Numbered from the stretch's first letter, positions 48,116 to 57,774 are shown. The stretch: 64,000 nt of DNA from an uncultured Actinomycetes bacterium (GCA_963736925.1 CAVTQP010000001.1:243297-307296); one strand, 5' to 3'. Translations and numbers: made by a program. The notes: generated by a model from the letters alone, not told the origin.

Positions 48116-48890
48116 TGGCTTCGACCAGCGCCACCGGCTGTCCGCGGCTGTCGTCGCGCTCTACCGGGATCCCGAGGACCACCTGGGTGCAGTTGGGAAG
48201 GCCTTGGACTTCGCGGGCGCCAGCTCCGAAGCCCGTCGCCTCGACTGTCATCGGGGGCATCGGGCCATATGAGGCCGCCGTAGCGGCGAGAAGAGCAGCT
48301 CCGGTAGGGGTGGTGAGCTCGGCGTTGGTCTCGCGACCCTGGAGCCGGGCGCCCCTCAATATCTCGAGCACTGCCGGCGTCGGGTTGGGCAGCAGCCCGT
48401 GGGCCGTCCGGACCATCCCCGTTCCGGTGCTCACCGGGCTCGCGGTGACCGTGTCCAGGTCCAGCACCTCCAGGGCGGCGCAAGTACCGACGATGTCCAC
48501 GATGGCGTCATGGCCGCCGACCTCGTGGAAATGGACCTGGAGCGGTGGTCGCCGGTGCAGGTGGCCTTCAGCCTCGGCAAGAGACGCAAAGGTGTTCAAG
48601 GAGCGTCGGCGCACGCGCTCGGGCAGCCGCGCCTCTTCTACGAGCCCGATGATATGGGCATGCGTCCTTACCACGCTGTCGTCGGCAACCCTGACCACGG
48701 CCCGGGTGGCCGCCAAGCCGGCCCGAAGCACCAGTTCCGACTCGAGCGACCACCCGCCGATCGGCAGTCTGCGGACCAGCTTGACGACCTCCTCCAGGTC
48801 CGCCCCCGCGTCCAGGAGGCTGCCCAGTGCCATGTCGCCGGAGATGCCCGAGAAGCAATGGAACCAGGCCGCCCTCCCCCGCGCCCCCAC
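47805..48890 (-). CDS. larC: LarC (nickel-pincer cofactor nickel-insertion protein), N-terminal ORF
   Basis: GTG start at 48890, 24 nt after larB. LarC N-terminal motifs are present (FHCFSGISGDMALGSLLDAG, HFHEVGGHDAIVDIVG, TPTGAALL, ANVDDATGEVLA). LarC homology stops near 48084, and the remainder of the frame down to the stop at 47805 is Gly/Arg-rich read-through. Confidence 0.8.
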   Translation of the reverse strand: MGARGRAAWFHCFSGISGDMALGSLLDAGADLEEVVKLVRRLPIGGWSLESELVLRAGLAATRAVVRVADDSVVRTHAHIIGLVEEARLPERVRRRSLNTFASLAEAEGHLHRRPPLQVHFHEVGGHDAIVDIVGTCAALEVLDLDTVTASPVSTGTGMVRTAHGLLPNPTPAVLEILRGARLQGRETNAELTTPTGAALLAATAASYGPMPPMTVEATGFGAGAREVQGLPNCTQVVLGIPVERDDSRGQPVALVEANVDDATGEVLARHDLDPHGIRSPRRLGDASADEEGAARSGGQRPGRSRPCSGPRRDTPVGDGIARCTRSDFGEVAGLARAGRGAGGRHAGEGEGEPGQGEGRT

Positions 48891-48913
48891 GCCGGAAGGC
48901 TCGGCGGACGACC

Positions 48914-49672
48914 TCAAGGCAGCATCCGTATCACCGCGCTCGCCGCGCCGAATCCGTTGTCGATTCCCACCACCGTGATCCCCGCAGCGCAGGAAGCGAG
49001 CATGGCGAGCAGTGCAGTCACCCCCTCGAGCGCCGCACCGTAGCCAGCGCTCGTAGGCACGGCGACCACCGGGGCCGCCACGAGGCCGGCCACCAGGCTG
49101 GCCAGCGCGCCCTCCATTCCCGCGATTACGACCACCGCGTCCGCCGAGTGCAGATCCTCGACATTGGCCAGAACCCGGTGAACTCCCGCCACGCCGCAGT
49201 CGACCATCAAGTTGGGGTGGAAGCCATGGGCGACGAGCGTGGACTCGCACTCCGCGGCGACAGGGAGGTCGGAGGTTCCTGCCGTCACGACCAGTATCCG
49301 GCCCCGACGCTCAAGAGAATGCCTCCACGTGACGGTCGACAGCCGACCGGGGTCGATCTCCTTCGAGGAGTGCCCTCCGGGATTTGCCGCCAGCGCGGCG
49401 GAGGCCTGGAGCCCCTCGACCCTCGTCAGGACGACCGGTCCTCCGGATGGCTCTGCGAGCAGCTCGGAGACGATGGAAGCACACTGCTCGGGGGTCTTTC
49501 CGGGTCCGTACACGGCCTCGGGCATCCCGACCCGCAAGGCTCTGTGATGGTCGACTCTGGCAAAACCGAGATCTGTGAACGGCAGGCGCCGCAACCGCCT
49601 CACGGCTTCGTCGGGGTGCACCGTCCCGGAGCCCACCTCCTCGAGGAGCCGGCGTAGCGAGGTCTCGTCCAT
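48914..49672 (-). CDS. larB: LarB (pyridinium-3,5-biscarboxylic acid mononucleotide synthase; PurE-like)
   Basis: LarB pattern with an N-terminal extension and a PurE-like domain (ILVVTAGTSDLPVAAE...VVIAGMEGALASLVAGL...VVAVPTSAGYG). Confidence 0.9.
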   Translation of the reverse strand: MDETSLRRLLEEVGSGTVHPDEAVRRLRRLPFTDLGFARVDHHRALRVGMPEAVYGPGKTPEQCASIVSELLAEPSGGPVVLTRVEGLQASAALAANPGGHSSKEIDPGRLSTVTWRHSLERRGRILVVTAGTSDLPVAAECESTLVAHGFHPNLMVDCGVAGVHRVLANVEDLHSADAVVVIAGMEGALASLVAGLVAAPVVAVPTSAGYGAALEGVTALLAMLASCAAGITVVGIDNGFGAASAVIRMLP

Positions 49673-49696
49673 CGTCGGTCACTATCCTGCCTGGCT

Positions 49697-50638
49697 GTGG
49701 CGTCCCGTGTGTCCAGCGTCGGTTTTCTCGGCCCGCCCGGGACCTTCACCGAGGAGGCCCTGCTCAGCCAGCCCGACTGGTCCGAAGCCGCCCTGGTTCC
49801 GCTCGACTCCCAACAGGAGGTGCTCGCGGCGGCTCAGTCCGGCCAGGTCGAGCTCGGTTTTGTGGCCATCGAGAACTCGATCGAGGGAACCGTCAACGAG
49901 ACCGTCGACGCTCTGATCTTCGACACCAACCTCAAGATACAGAGGGAGGTGGTGCTGGACGTCCGGCTGAACCTGCTGGCCTTGCCCGGCACCTCGCTGG
50001 CAGATGTATGCCGGGTGGTCTCCTACCCTCATGCCAGCGCCCAGTGTCGGGGGTTCCTCAGCCGGGACCTTCCGGGGGTCGAGATCGTCGCCGCCAACTC
50101 GACGGCCGATGCAGCCCGCCAGATAGGTGAGGAGAGGTTGCCGGGCTCTGCCGCCCTCGCCCCCGCTGTCGCGGCCAAGCTGTATGGTCTCGATGTGGTG
50201 GCGAGCGCCATCGAGGACCACCACAACGACCAGACCCGGTTCGTCGCGGTGGCCGGGAACGGGATCCCAGTTCCCACCGGGCACGACCGGACCAGCATCG
50301 TATGCTTTCAGGACGCCGATCGGCCGGGAAGCCTCCATGCGATCCTCGGTCAGTTCGCCGCCCGGAACATCAACCTCAGCAAGCTGGAGTCCCGCCCGAC
50401 CAAGAAGGGCCTGGGCGAGTACTGCTTCATCATCGACCTCGAAGGCCACCTTGACGACGAGGTCGTGGCCGACTGCCTTCGGGATCTGCATGCCCAGCTG
50501 GCTGAGGTCAAGTTCCTCGGCTCCTATCCCGCCGCGGGTGAGCGCGGACCGACCATCCGGCGCGATGCCGAAGCGGCCTGGCGGTCTGCCGACCGGTGGG
50601 TATCTTCACTCAGGTCCGAGATCCCCCGGATACCCTGA
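49697..50638 (+). CDS. pheA: Prephenate dehydratase
   Basis: PDT domain (VGFLGPPGTFTEEA...VAIENSIEGTV) followed by an ACT domain with the ESRP motif (LSKLESRPTKK). Confidence 0.9.
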   Translation: MASRVSSVGFLGPPGTFTEEALLSQPDWSEAALVPLDSQQEVLAAAQSGQVELGFVAIENSIEGTVNETVDALIFDTNLKIQREVVLDVRLNLLALPGTSLADVCRVVSYPHASAQCRGFLSRDLPGVEIVAANSTADAARQIGEERLPGSAALAPAVAAKLYGLDVVASAIEDHHNDQTRFVAVAGNGIPVPTGHDRTSIVCFQDADRPGSLHAILGQFAARNINLSKLESRPTKKGLGEYCFIIDLEGHLDDEVVADCLRDLHAQLAEVKFLGSYPAAGERGPTIRRDAEAAWRSADRWVSSLRSEIPRIP

Positions 50639-50644
50639 GCGCTC

Positions 50645-50727
50645 GGAGGGATGGCAGAGCGGCCGATTGCGAGGCTCTTGAAAAGCCTTGGACGAGAGTC
50701 CCGTGGGTTCGAATCCCACTCCCTCCG
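50645..50727 (+). tRNA. tRNA-Ser (anticodon UGA)
   Basis: Acceptor GGAGGGA/TCCCTCC, anticodon arm AGGCT-CTTGAAA-AGCCT, a long variable arm, and T-arm GTGGG-TTCGAAT-CCCAC. Confidence 0.88.
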
Positions 50728-50740
50728 CTCGGGCGCGCCG

Positions 50741-51748
50741 GTGCCCGGGCCAGAAGGTGCAGCCTCGTCCCGCCTTCGCATCGGGACGCTCGGCGCCGCC
50801 CGCATCACGCCGAACGCGCTCGTCAAGCCCGCTCGGCTTGTCGAAGCTGCCGAGGTAGTAGCCGTGTCTGCGCGAGACCCAGAACGCGCCAGAGGGTTCG
50901 CGGCCAGGCACCGGATACCGAACGTGGAGCCGACCTACCGGGACCTGATCGACAACCCCGGCATCGAGGCCCTCTACAACCCTCTGCCGAACGGATTGCA
51001 CGCGAGATGGACGATCGAGGCGCTCGCCGCGGGCAAGCACGTCTTGTGCGAGAAGCCGTTCACCTCGAACGCTGCGGAGGCCGAAGATGTCGCTCAGGCA
51101 GCGGACGCCGCGGGCAAGGTGGTCATGGAGGCGTTTCACTACCGGTACCACCCGATGGCGGCTCGAATGGTCGAGGTCGTCCGTAGCGGCGAGCTCGGCG
51201 AGGTCCGCCACGTAGAGGCTTGGGTGTGCTTCCCCCTGCCTGTTCCCGGCAACATCAGGTATCGCTTCGACCTGGCGGGTGGGGCCACCATGGATGCCGG
51301 TTGCTACGCCATCCACATCCTGAGGACCCTCGGCGGCGACGAGCCCAGGGTTCTCAGCGCGCGGGCGCGGCTGGCGTCCGCCCAGGTGGACAGGGCGATG
51401 AACGCGGAGTTTCTGTTTCCCGGTGGACATACGGGCCGGATGACATGCTCGCTTCTCTCGTCGAACCTGCTCCGAGTGGCGGCTCGGGTGGTTGGCAGCT
51501 CGGGCCGGATGGACGTGTCCAACCCCCTCTCCCCCCAGCTTCTCGGCCGAATCGTCGTGCGAACCGGCGGTCAAGTCAGGCGGGAGACCTTCAAAGGGGA
51601 GTCAACCTACGCACACCAGCTGCGTGCGTTCGTAGCCGCGGTTCTCGAGGGCGGCCCGGTGCTGACTGCTCCGTCGGACTCCATAGCCAACATGGGGGTC
51701 ATAGACGACGTCTACGAAGCAGCCGGGCTGAGGAGGAGGGGAGCCTGA
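50741..51748 (+). CDS. Gfo/Idh/MocA family oxidoreductase
   Basis: Rossmann N-terminus (LRIGTLGAARI) and the EKP motif (HVLCEKPF). The start was trimmed to a GTG after the tRNA. Confidence 0.84.
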   Translation: MPGPEGAASSRLRIGTLGAARITPNALVKPARLVEAAEVVAVSARDPERARGFAARHRIPNVEPTYRDLIDNPGIEALYNPLPNGLHARWTIEALAAGKHVLCEKPFTSNAAEAEDVAQAADAAGKVVMEAFHYRYHPMAARMVEVVRSGELGEVRHVEAWVCFPLPVPGNIRYRFDLAGGATMDAGCYAIHILRTLGGDEPRVLSARARLASAQVDRAMNAEFLFPGGHTGRMTCSLLSSNLLRVAARVVGSSGRMDVSNPLSPQLLGRIVVRTGGQVRRETFKGESTYAHQLRAFVAAVLEGGPVLTAPSDSIANMGVIDDVYEAAGLRRRGA

Positions 51749-51796
51749 GGCTGTGATACTCATGAGCGGTCCACCTAGGGAAGCGAGAGGGTCTCG

Positions 51797-53014
51797 ATGA
51801 AAGATGTCATGAGCGGCGTGCGGGTTCTGGAGGTCGCCAGCTGGACCTTCGTGCCGTCGGCGGGCGCTGTGCTGGCTGACTGGGGAGCCGACGTCTTGAA
51901 GATCGAGCATCCCAGATCGGGTGACCCCCAACGGGGGCTGATCACCTCGGGCCTGGTGCCAGGGGGCGAGGGTGGGGTCAACTTCATGATGGAGTTCCCC
52001 AACCGGGGAAAGCGCAGCGTGGGGCTGGACATCTCAGCCCCTGGAGGCCAGGAGCTCCTCTACCGCTTGGCCGAGACCTCCGATGTGTTTCTGACCAACT
52101 TCCTCCCGCCGGCCCGGAAGCGGTTGAAGATGGACGTCGAGGACATCCGGGCACGAAATCCCCAGATCATCTACGTGCGGGGCTCGGGGCAGGGCGTCAA
52201 GGGGGCAGAAGCTACGCGCGGGGGGTACGACGGCGCCTCCTACTGGGCCCGGGGCGGCATCGCCGCATCGTTGACGCCGGCGGACCGGGAGTACCCGATC
52301 TCGCAGACGGCAGCTTTTGGCGACCTCAACGGGGGGATGACGATCGCCGGGGGGATATCGGCGGCGCTGTTCAAGCGCGAACGAACCGGCATGCCCTCGG
52401 TGGTGGACGTGTCCCTCCTGGGACTCGCCATGTGGACGCTTTCCCCGGGGGTCGTGGCGAGCAAGCTGCTGGAGAAGGCGGCCGTAACGCGCTCGGCGGG
52501 TATGTCGAAGTCGCCCAACCCGATCGTCGGCACCTACAAAACAAGGGACAACCGCTTCGTGAGCCTGGTGATGTTGGAGTCTGACCGCTACTGGCCGGAC
52601 TTGTGCAAGCACGTCGGGAGGCCAGAGCTTGCTCAGGACCCTCGCTTCGTCGACGCCGCCAAGCGGTTCGAGAACAGTGACGAATGCGTAGCCTTGCTCA
52701 AGGAGATATTCGCCAGTCGGACGCTGGCTGAGTGGAGGAAGGCGCTCGCCACGGCGGAAGGCGTCTGGGCTCCGGTCCAAAACGCGAGGGAGCTGCATGA
52801 CGACTCTCAGGCCATCGCCAATGGATACCTGCCGCAAGTCTCCTCCGACGGCAAGGCGTTCGCTCTGGTGGCCAGCCCGGTACAGTTCGACGAGACTCCG
52901 CCGCCGTTGGATCCGGCCCCCGAGCACGGCCAGCACACGGAGGAGGTGCTGCTGGAGTTGGGCATGACATGGGAAGAGATCATCGAGCAAAAAGAAGCCG
53001 GGGCGATCCTCTGA
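51797..53014 (+). CDS. Family III CoA-transferase (CaiB/BaiF-like)
   Basis: Typical N-terminus (GVRVLEVASWTFVPSAGAVLADWGADVLKIEHP) and family-wide pattern. 405 aa. Confidence 0.9.
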   Translation: MKDVMSGVRVLEVASWTFVPSAGAVLADWGADVLKIEHPRSGDPQRGLITSGLVPGGEGGVNFMMEFPNRGKRSVGLDISAPGGQELLYRLAETSDVFLTNFLPPARKRLKMDVEDIRARNPQIIYVRGSGQGVKGAEATRGGYDGASYWARGGIAASLTPADREYPISQTAAFGDLNGGMTIAGGISAALFKRERTGMPSVVDVSLLGLAMWTLSPGVVASKLLEKAAVTRSAGMSKSPNPIVGTYKTRDNRFVSLVMLESDRYWPDLCKHVGRPELAQDPRFVDAAKRFENSDECVALLKEIFASRTLAEWRKALATAEGVWAPVQNARELHDDSQAIANGYLPQVSSDGKAFALVASPVQFDETPPPLDPAPEHGQHTEEVLLELGMTWEEIIEQKEAGAIL

Positions 53015-53092
53015 GGGCTCGAAAAGCTCGCCCTTGCTTCTGGCCTGATTTCGTCCATTGCCGTCCGGGAGGTGTCCCCTAAACTCTCGCCC

Positions 53093-53181
53093 GGAGAGGT
53101 GCGAGAGCGGCCGAATCGGACTCACTGCTAATGAGTTGACCTGGGAGACCGGGTCCGAGGGTTCAAATCCCTCCCTCTCCG
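53093..53181 (+). tRNA. tRNA-Ser (anticodon GCU)
   Basis: Acceptor GGAGAGG/CCTCTCC, anticodon arm ACTCA-CTGCTAA-TGAGT, a long variable arm, and T-arm CGAGG-GTTCAAATC-CCTC. Confidence 0.9.
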
Positions 53182-53284
53182 CTCGTATCTGGCTGGGGTG
53201 AAATGCATCTTGTTCGGACGAACTCAGGATCGCGCGCTTTGCGAGGCGGTCGTCGGAAACGACGACGGGAGTTGGGGGGTGGGA

Positions 53285-54529
53285 CTATGCCGCGGCTGGG
53301 GCTATACGGACCTCGAAGCCGAGATCCTCGATCCTCCGCTGGAGCCGCTTCGCCTCAACTGCAGGATCGTGGCGGAGTTCGAAGAATCGAGCACCGGGGT
53401 CGTCATAGAGGGCGCCGTTGGTGAGCAGATGCCAGGCGACGTCCAAGATGGAGTGGGCGACCGCGATGGTGGCCTTGTTGGAGCCTCTCCGTCGAGCGAT
53501 CCGGGAGTACTGGGCGGATAGGTAGGTGCCCTTGGTCCGCGACGCCCCCCTAGCTGCTTCGACAAGCGCACGCTGCAGCCAGGTCGAGCCCTTTCGCGTT
53601 CCTGCGGGCTGACGCTTCCCGGCCGACTCATGACTAGCCGGAGCCACGCCTGCCCACGCACAGAGGTGCCCCGAGGTCGGGAAACAGGTCATGTCGACCC
53701 CCACCTCGGCGATTATCACCTCGGCGGTGGCCCTCGACACCCCGGGTATCGAGCACAAGATGGTGGCCGCCGACTCAAAAGGGCACGGGCGTTCGGCCAC
53801 ATCGGCCGTGAGTGTGGCGATGGAGTGATCCAAGAAGTCGATGTGCTCCATGACCTGGCGACAGACGAGGGCATGGTGGGAGCCGAAGCGACCGCTGAAC
53901 GCCTCTTCGAGTTGGGGGATCTTGGCTCGCAGGCGCGACTTGGCCATCTGAGCCAGGACCTCGGGGTCCCGCTCTCCATCGATCATCGCCTCGATCATCG
54001 CTCGCGACGACTCGCTCCAGACTTTCGACGCCACCGAGGACAGCTTGATGCCGGCATCTTGGAGGGTCTTCTCCAGGCGCTGGATCTCCTTGGCCCGAGC
54101 CTCGACCTGGGGCTTTCGATAGCGGGTGACATCGCGGAGTTCCCGGATCTCCGGCGGGGGCACGAAGCTCGGGCGCACCATGCCGTGGGCTGCGACATCG
54201 GCCAGCCACTCGGCGTCGGTGAGGTCGGTCTTCCGTCCCGGCACGTTCTTCACGTGCTGTGCGTTGCAGAGCCACAACTCGTCGAACAACCCTTCGAGGC
54301 AGTAGTAGACCGGCTTCCAGTAGACACCGGTGGCCTCCATCGCCACCGTCTCGACACCAGCGTCGCTCAGCCAAGCTGCCAGCGCACCGAGACCCTTGGA
54401 CGTCGTGGAGAAGGACTGTTTCGTCACCTCGATGGACCGGTCAGGTTGTTTCACCTGGCAACAGGCCACCACGGTGTCGCGATGCACGTCGAGGCCGGCG
54501 ACCCGTTCGCGTATTCGTTTCACCTGCAT
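53285..54529 (-). CDS. IS110-family transposase (DEDD recombinase)
   Basis: N-terminal RuvC-like DEDD domain (VAGLDVHRDT, VAMEATGVYW, DLTDAEWLA) and a C-terminal Transposase_20-type domain (IPGVSRATAEVIIAEVG...SAGKR). The ATG is preceded by GGAGG. Confidence 0.9.
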   Translation of the reverse strand: MQVKRIRERVAGLDVHRDTVVACCQVKQPDRSIEVTKQSFSTTSKGLGALAAWLSDAGVETVAMEATGVYWKPVYYCLEGLFDELWLCNAQHVKNVPGRKTDLTDAEWLADVAAHGMVRPSFVPPPEIRELRDVTRYRKPQVEARAKEIQRLEKTLQDAGIKLSSVASKVWSESSRAMIEAMIDGERDPEVLAQMAKSRLRAKIPQLEEAFSGRFGSHHALVCRQVMEHIDFLDHSIATLTADVAERPCPFESAATILCSIPGVSRATAEVIIAEVGVDMTCFPTSGHLCAWAGVAPASHESAGKRQPAGTRKGSTWLQRALVEAARGASRTKGTYLSAQYSRIARRRGSNKATIAVAHSILDVAWHLLTNGALYDDPGARFFELRHDPAVEAKRLQRRIEDLGFEVRIAPAAA

Positions 54530-54800
54530 CACCTCCCATGTATGGATTGGAGGCTGCCGGGGAGGACCGGGCGAAGCGGATGCTGGGGTTCGTGCTCGTG
54601 GCGACAGTCTTGGTCCCCCGGGGTCCTCGCGCCAGACTCTTCGACGCACTCGAGGTTGCAAGCCAAAACGGCGACCGCACCGGCAGCCACCGCGAGCATT
54701 TCATTCGTCCGGGGTGGCCGCAACGGTCATGCAAACTCTTCGGATTTAAGCGGGGTGCTACGCTCGCGAAGGCAAGCACTCGATCGCTACGAAGTCAGAA
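54530..54800 (-). ncRNA. Candidate IS110 bridge (seek) RNA in the 5' non-coding end
   Basis: This is an inference only. About 340 nt of non-coding DNA lies upstream of the recombinase, which is where IS110-group elements are reported to encode a guide RNA. No structure was verified. Confidence 0.2.
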
Positions 54801-54868
54801 TGTGTCCCACTGACCCGGCGTTTGGGGACACTCGACGGGCCAACCCGTAGGCGAGTCGGCGACTGCGT

Positions 54869-55651
54869 CTATGCCTCCGGGAGACGCCACACGCTGACAT
54901 GCAAGGGGCTCTCACCAATGAACGGCGAGCGATCCCACCACGCCCATCGATGTTCCAGCGTCATGCCCGCGATCCGAGCCATCAGGTCCAACTCAGCCGG
55001 CCACACATATCGGAACGGTGCCGTGAATTCGCGGAAGCTGCCATCGCCACGTCGGTAGAAGTGCCGAGACCGGGAGATCTGCTTGTGCGTGCGGTCAATG
55101 AAGTCGTCGATGCCGATGTAGTCCTCCGTCACTGCGAACGGGACACCGGAGTTGCCTGGCGGTAACTGACGAAGACCGGGCACGCGGTTCTCGATTACAA
55201 AGCGGCCACCGGGGCGAAGGTGACGGGCAGCGTTCTCGAAGCACGCGACTTGTTCGTCCTGCGACGTCAGGTTCGTGATCGTGTTGAAGACCAGGTACAC
55301 AAGGGAGAACTCGCCCTCCACGCATGTCACCGCCATGTCGCCTTCGACGGCCGTGATATCACTCGCTTCGGGCTTAGACCGCAGCACGGCCAGCATGTCC
55401 GCGGATAACTCGATCCCGGCGACCGGAACACCCCGTGCAGCCAAAGGGACCGCGACCCGGCCAGTACCAATAGCGAACTCCATCGCCGCTCCGCCGCCGG
55501 TCAACTCGACCAGGCAGTCGACGGTCGCTTCGAGAACGTCGCCAGCGAACATCCCCGTCCCAGGTTGGTCATAGGTTCTGGCGATCTCGCCGACGAATCG
55601 GTTTTCGGGCACGGTCCAACCTGGCCCGACCCGAGCCGGCCCGCAACCCAT
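54869..55651 (-). CDS. Class I SAM-dependent methyltransferase
   Basis: Motif I (AMEFAIGTGRVAVPLA) and a motif II/III region (LVYLVFNTITNL ... LRPGGRFVIE). Confidence 0.8.
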   Translation of the reverse strand: MGCGPARVGPGWTVPENRFVGEIARTYDQPGTGMFAGDVLEATVDCLVELTGGGAAMEFAIGTGRVAVPLAARGVPVAGIELSADMLAVLRSKPEASDITAVEGDMAVTCVEGEFSLVYLVFNTITNLTSQDEQVACFENAARHLRPGGRFVIENRVPGLRQLPPGNSGVPFAVTEDYIGIDDFIDRTHKQISRSRHFYRRGDGSFREFTAPFRYVWPAELDLMARIAGMTLEHRWAWWDRSPFIGESPLHVSVWRLPEA

Positions 55652-56377
55652 TTACGGACCACGCTCCGTTCCCGGCCGACGCACTCGTAGCCGGCGGTCA
55701 GGGAGGACCGTACGCCTGGCTTTGGCTGGCCCCTTACCCCCGCCCCATAGGTGCCGTTCATGGGCACGCAACTATCGCAAGCGCGGGACTGGGCAGGTGA
55801 GCGCACCCCGCTTAGATCCGGTGCGTCCAGCAGCTCGGGCGCTATGAACACAAAGGAGTGGTCATGACATAACCGAGCGGAAAGCTCACGATAGCCAGCC
55901 GGTGTAAGTCCGGTCCGGGGAGAAGCCAAGTTCCCTGGTAGTGAGGCCCCCGGCGTTGGTCGAGATGTCAGCGCCGAAGCGGGGTGAATCAACTTGTCGG
56001 TCCGCAACGTGAAGTGAAGCTTGCAGCGTCGTCAAGCGGATCTGCGGAAGCAGATATAGAGAGAGCCGAGCCCGTCGGATTGGGTGAAGGCCATGGAAGG
56101 CATCTTTGATCTTGGAGCGGATGCCGAAGAACTCTCCGGCGTATGGAGCGTGGAACGTCAAGAAGGTTGTCGTGGGAACTGGAGAGGCCCTCCTCGGCCC
56201 GTGTCCTGTGGGGGCATGGAGAGCATCTGTCTATAACCGGTGATCCCGGGAAATGGCAGGTGGCCGAGAGGGAGTCGGAGGGGGTCGTAGTAGTGATGAC
56301 GGTTGGGACAACACAACCCACCCAGAGCGAAGGGCCCCTGCTTCATCGGTGCATGACGAAGGAGGTGAGGAACGCTG

Positions 56378-57730
56378 ATGAGTGCCGAGCAATCGGCTAG
56401 GACCGTCAGACAGGCCGATGGCCTGGACCCCATTCGAGCCCTCCAACGCGTGCTCTACCGCAGTGCCAAGCAAGAACCAGAGCGTCGGTTCCATGCCCTC
56501 TACGACAAGCTCGCCCGCAGCGACGTGATGTGGCGGGCATGGGTCGACGTGGCCACCAACCAGGGTGCCCCTGGCATCGACGGCGAGTCCATCGCCGACA
56601 TCGAAGCCGGCGGCGCAGAAGGGGTGCGCCAGTTCCTCGAAGGCCTCGCTGCACAACTCCGGGAGAAGTTGTATCGCCCGAAGCCCTTGCGGCGGGTCCA
56701 TATCCCGAAACCGGGCAGGCCGGGCGAGACCCGGCCGCTCGGCATTCCCACGGTCACCGACCGGGTGGTGATGGCGGCGGCGAAGATCGTCCTCGAACCC
56801 GTCTTCGAGGCGGACTTCTCGTCCCGGAGCTTCGGCTTCCGGCCGAAGCGCTCCGCTCACCAGGCTCTCGACGCCGTCCGCCTGGCGGTCAACCGGGGCT
56901 CGGTGTGGGTGCTCGACGCCGATATCAAAGCATGCTTCGACGAGATCGACCACGACGCCCTCATGGGCGGGGTCGAGCGCCGGGTGGTTGACCGGCAGAT
57001 GTTGAAGCTGCTGCGAAGCTGGCTTCGAGCAGGGGTGTTCGAGGGCGGGATCATCTCCGACACGGAGTCGGGAACCCCGCAGGGCTCACCCATCTCGCCG
57101 TTGCTCGCCAACATTGCTCTTCACGCCCTCGACCGAGCGTGGCGGGCAGCGGGGCCACGAGCGGGTGTCCTGGTCCGTTACTGCGACGACTTCGTCGTGC
57201 TGTGCCCCACCGAGGAACGGGCCGAAGCGGCCCGGGACCTGGCGGCGGCGACCCTGGCTCCGATTGGGCTGCGCCTGCATCCCGACAAGACCAGGATCGT
57301 CGGTCTCCGTCAGGGCAAGGAGGGGTTCGACTTCTTGGGCTTTCATCACCGCATAAGGGAGTCCCCGAAGCGAAAGGGCCGCTACTACCTACACAAGTGG
57401 CCTTCTCCTCGGGCCATGGCCTCCATCAGGGCCAAGGTTCGGGATCGGACCCCACGGGGCTACGCCGGGCGTGACTTGGCCATTGTTGTCGAAGAGCTCA
57501 ACCCAGTGCTTCGGGGTTGGGGGGCGTACTACCGCTACGGCAACTCGTCGCGGAAGCTCAGCGCCGTCGACGGCTACGTCCACGAACGCCTGGCCAAGCT
57601 GGCGAGCGTCAAGCACGGCATCCCGGGACGGAACTGGACCACCCGTTTTACCTACGGGTGGCTCACGACGCTCGGGATCTACCGGCTGACGGGAACGGTG
57701 CGCTACTGGAGTGCGAATGCCTGGCGGTGA
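56378..57730 (+). CDS. Group II intron reverse transcriptase/maturase
   Basis: RT blocks 0-7 (GAPGIDG, RRVHIPKPG...RPLGIPTVTDRVV, GTPQGSPISPLLANI, YCDDFVV) and an X/maturase domain (LNPVLRGWGAYYRYGNS). No endonuclease domain is present. Confidence 0.92.
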   Translation: MSAEQSARTVRQADGLDPIRALQRVLYRSAKQEPERRFHALYDKLARSDVMWRAWVDVATNQGAPGIDGESIADIEAGGAEGVRQFLEGLAAQLREKLYRPKPLRRVHIPKPGRPGETRPLGIPTVTDRVVMAAAKIVLEPVFEADFSSRSFGFRPKRSAHQALDAVRLAVNRGSVWVLDADIKACFDEIDHDALMGGVERRVVDRQMLKLLRSWLRAGVFEGGIISDTESGTPQGSPISPLLANIALHALDRAWRAAGPRAGVLVRYCDDFVVLCPTEERAEAARDLAAATLAPIGLRLHPDKTRIVGLRQGKEGFDFLGFHHRIRESPKRKGRYYLHKWPSPRAMASIRAKVRDRTPRGYAGRDLAIVVEELNPVLRGWGAYYRYGNSSRKLSAVDGYVHERLAKLASVKHGIPGRNWTTRFTYGWLTTLGIYRLTGTVRYWSANAWR

Positions 57731-57741
57731 ACGGTGTCGGA

Positions 57742-57774
57742 GAGCCGTGTGCGGGAGAACCGCATGCACGGTTC
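57742..57774 (+). other. Group II intron domain V hairpin
   Basis: GAGCCGTGTGCGGGAGAACCGCATGCACGGTTC matches the conserved 34-nt domain V architecture (catalytic triad stem, GNRA-type loop GAGA). Confidence 0.85.

Larger units (their letters stand above)
53190..54860 (-). mobile_element. IS110-family insertion sequence (boundaries approximate)
   Basis: A single DEDD-type transposase gene is flanked by ~100 nt (3' side, abutting tRNA-Ser) and ~340 nt (5' side) of non-coding DNA. No terminal inverted repeats are seen, as expected for IS110. Confidence 0.6.
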
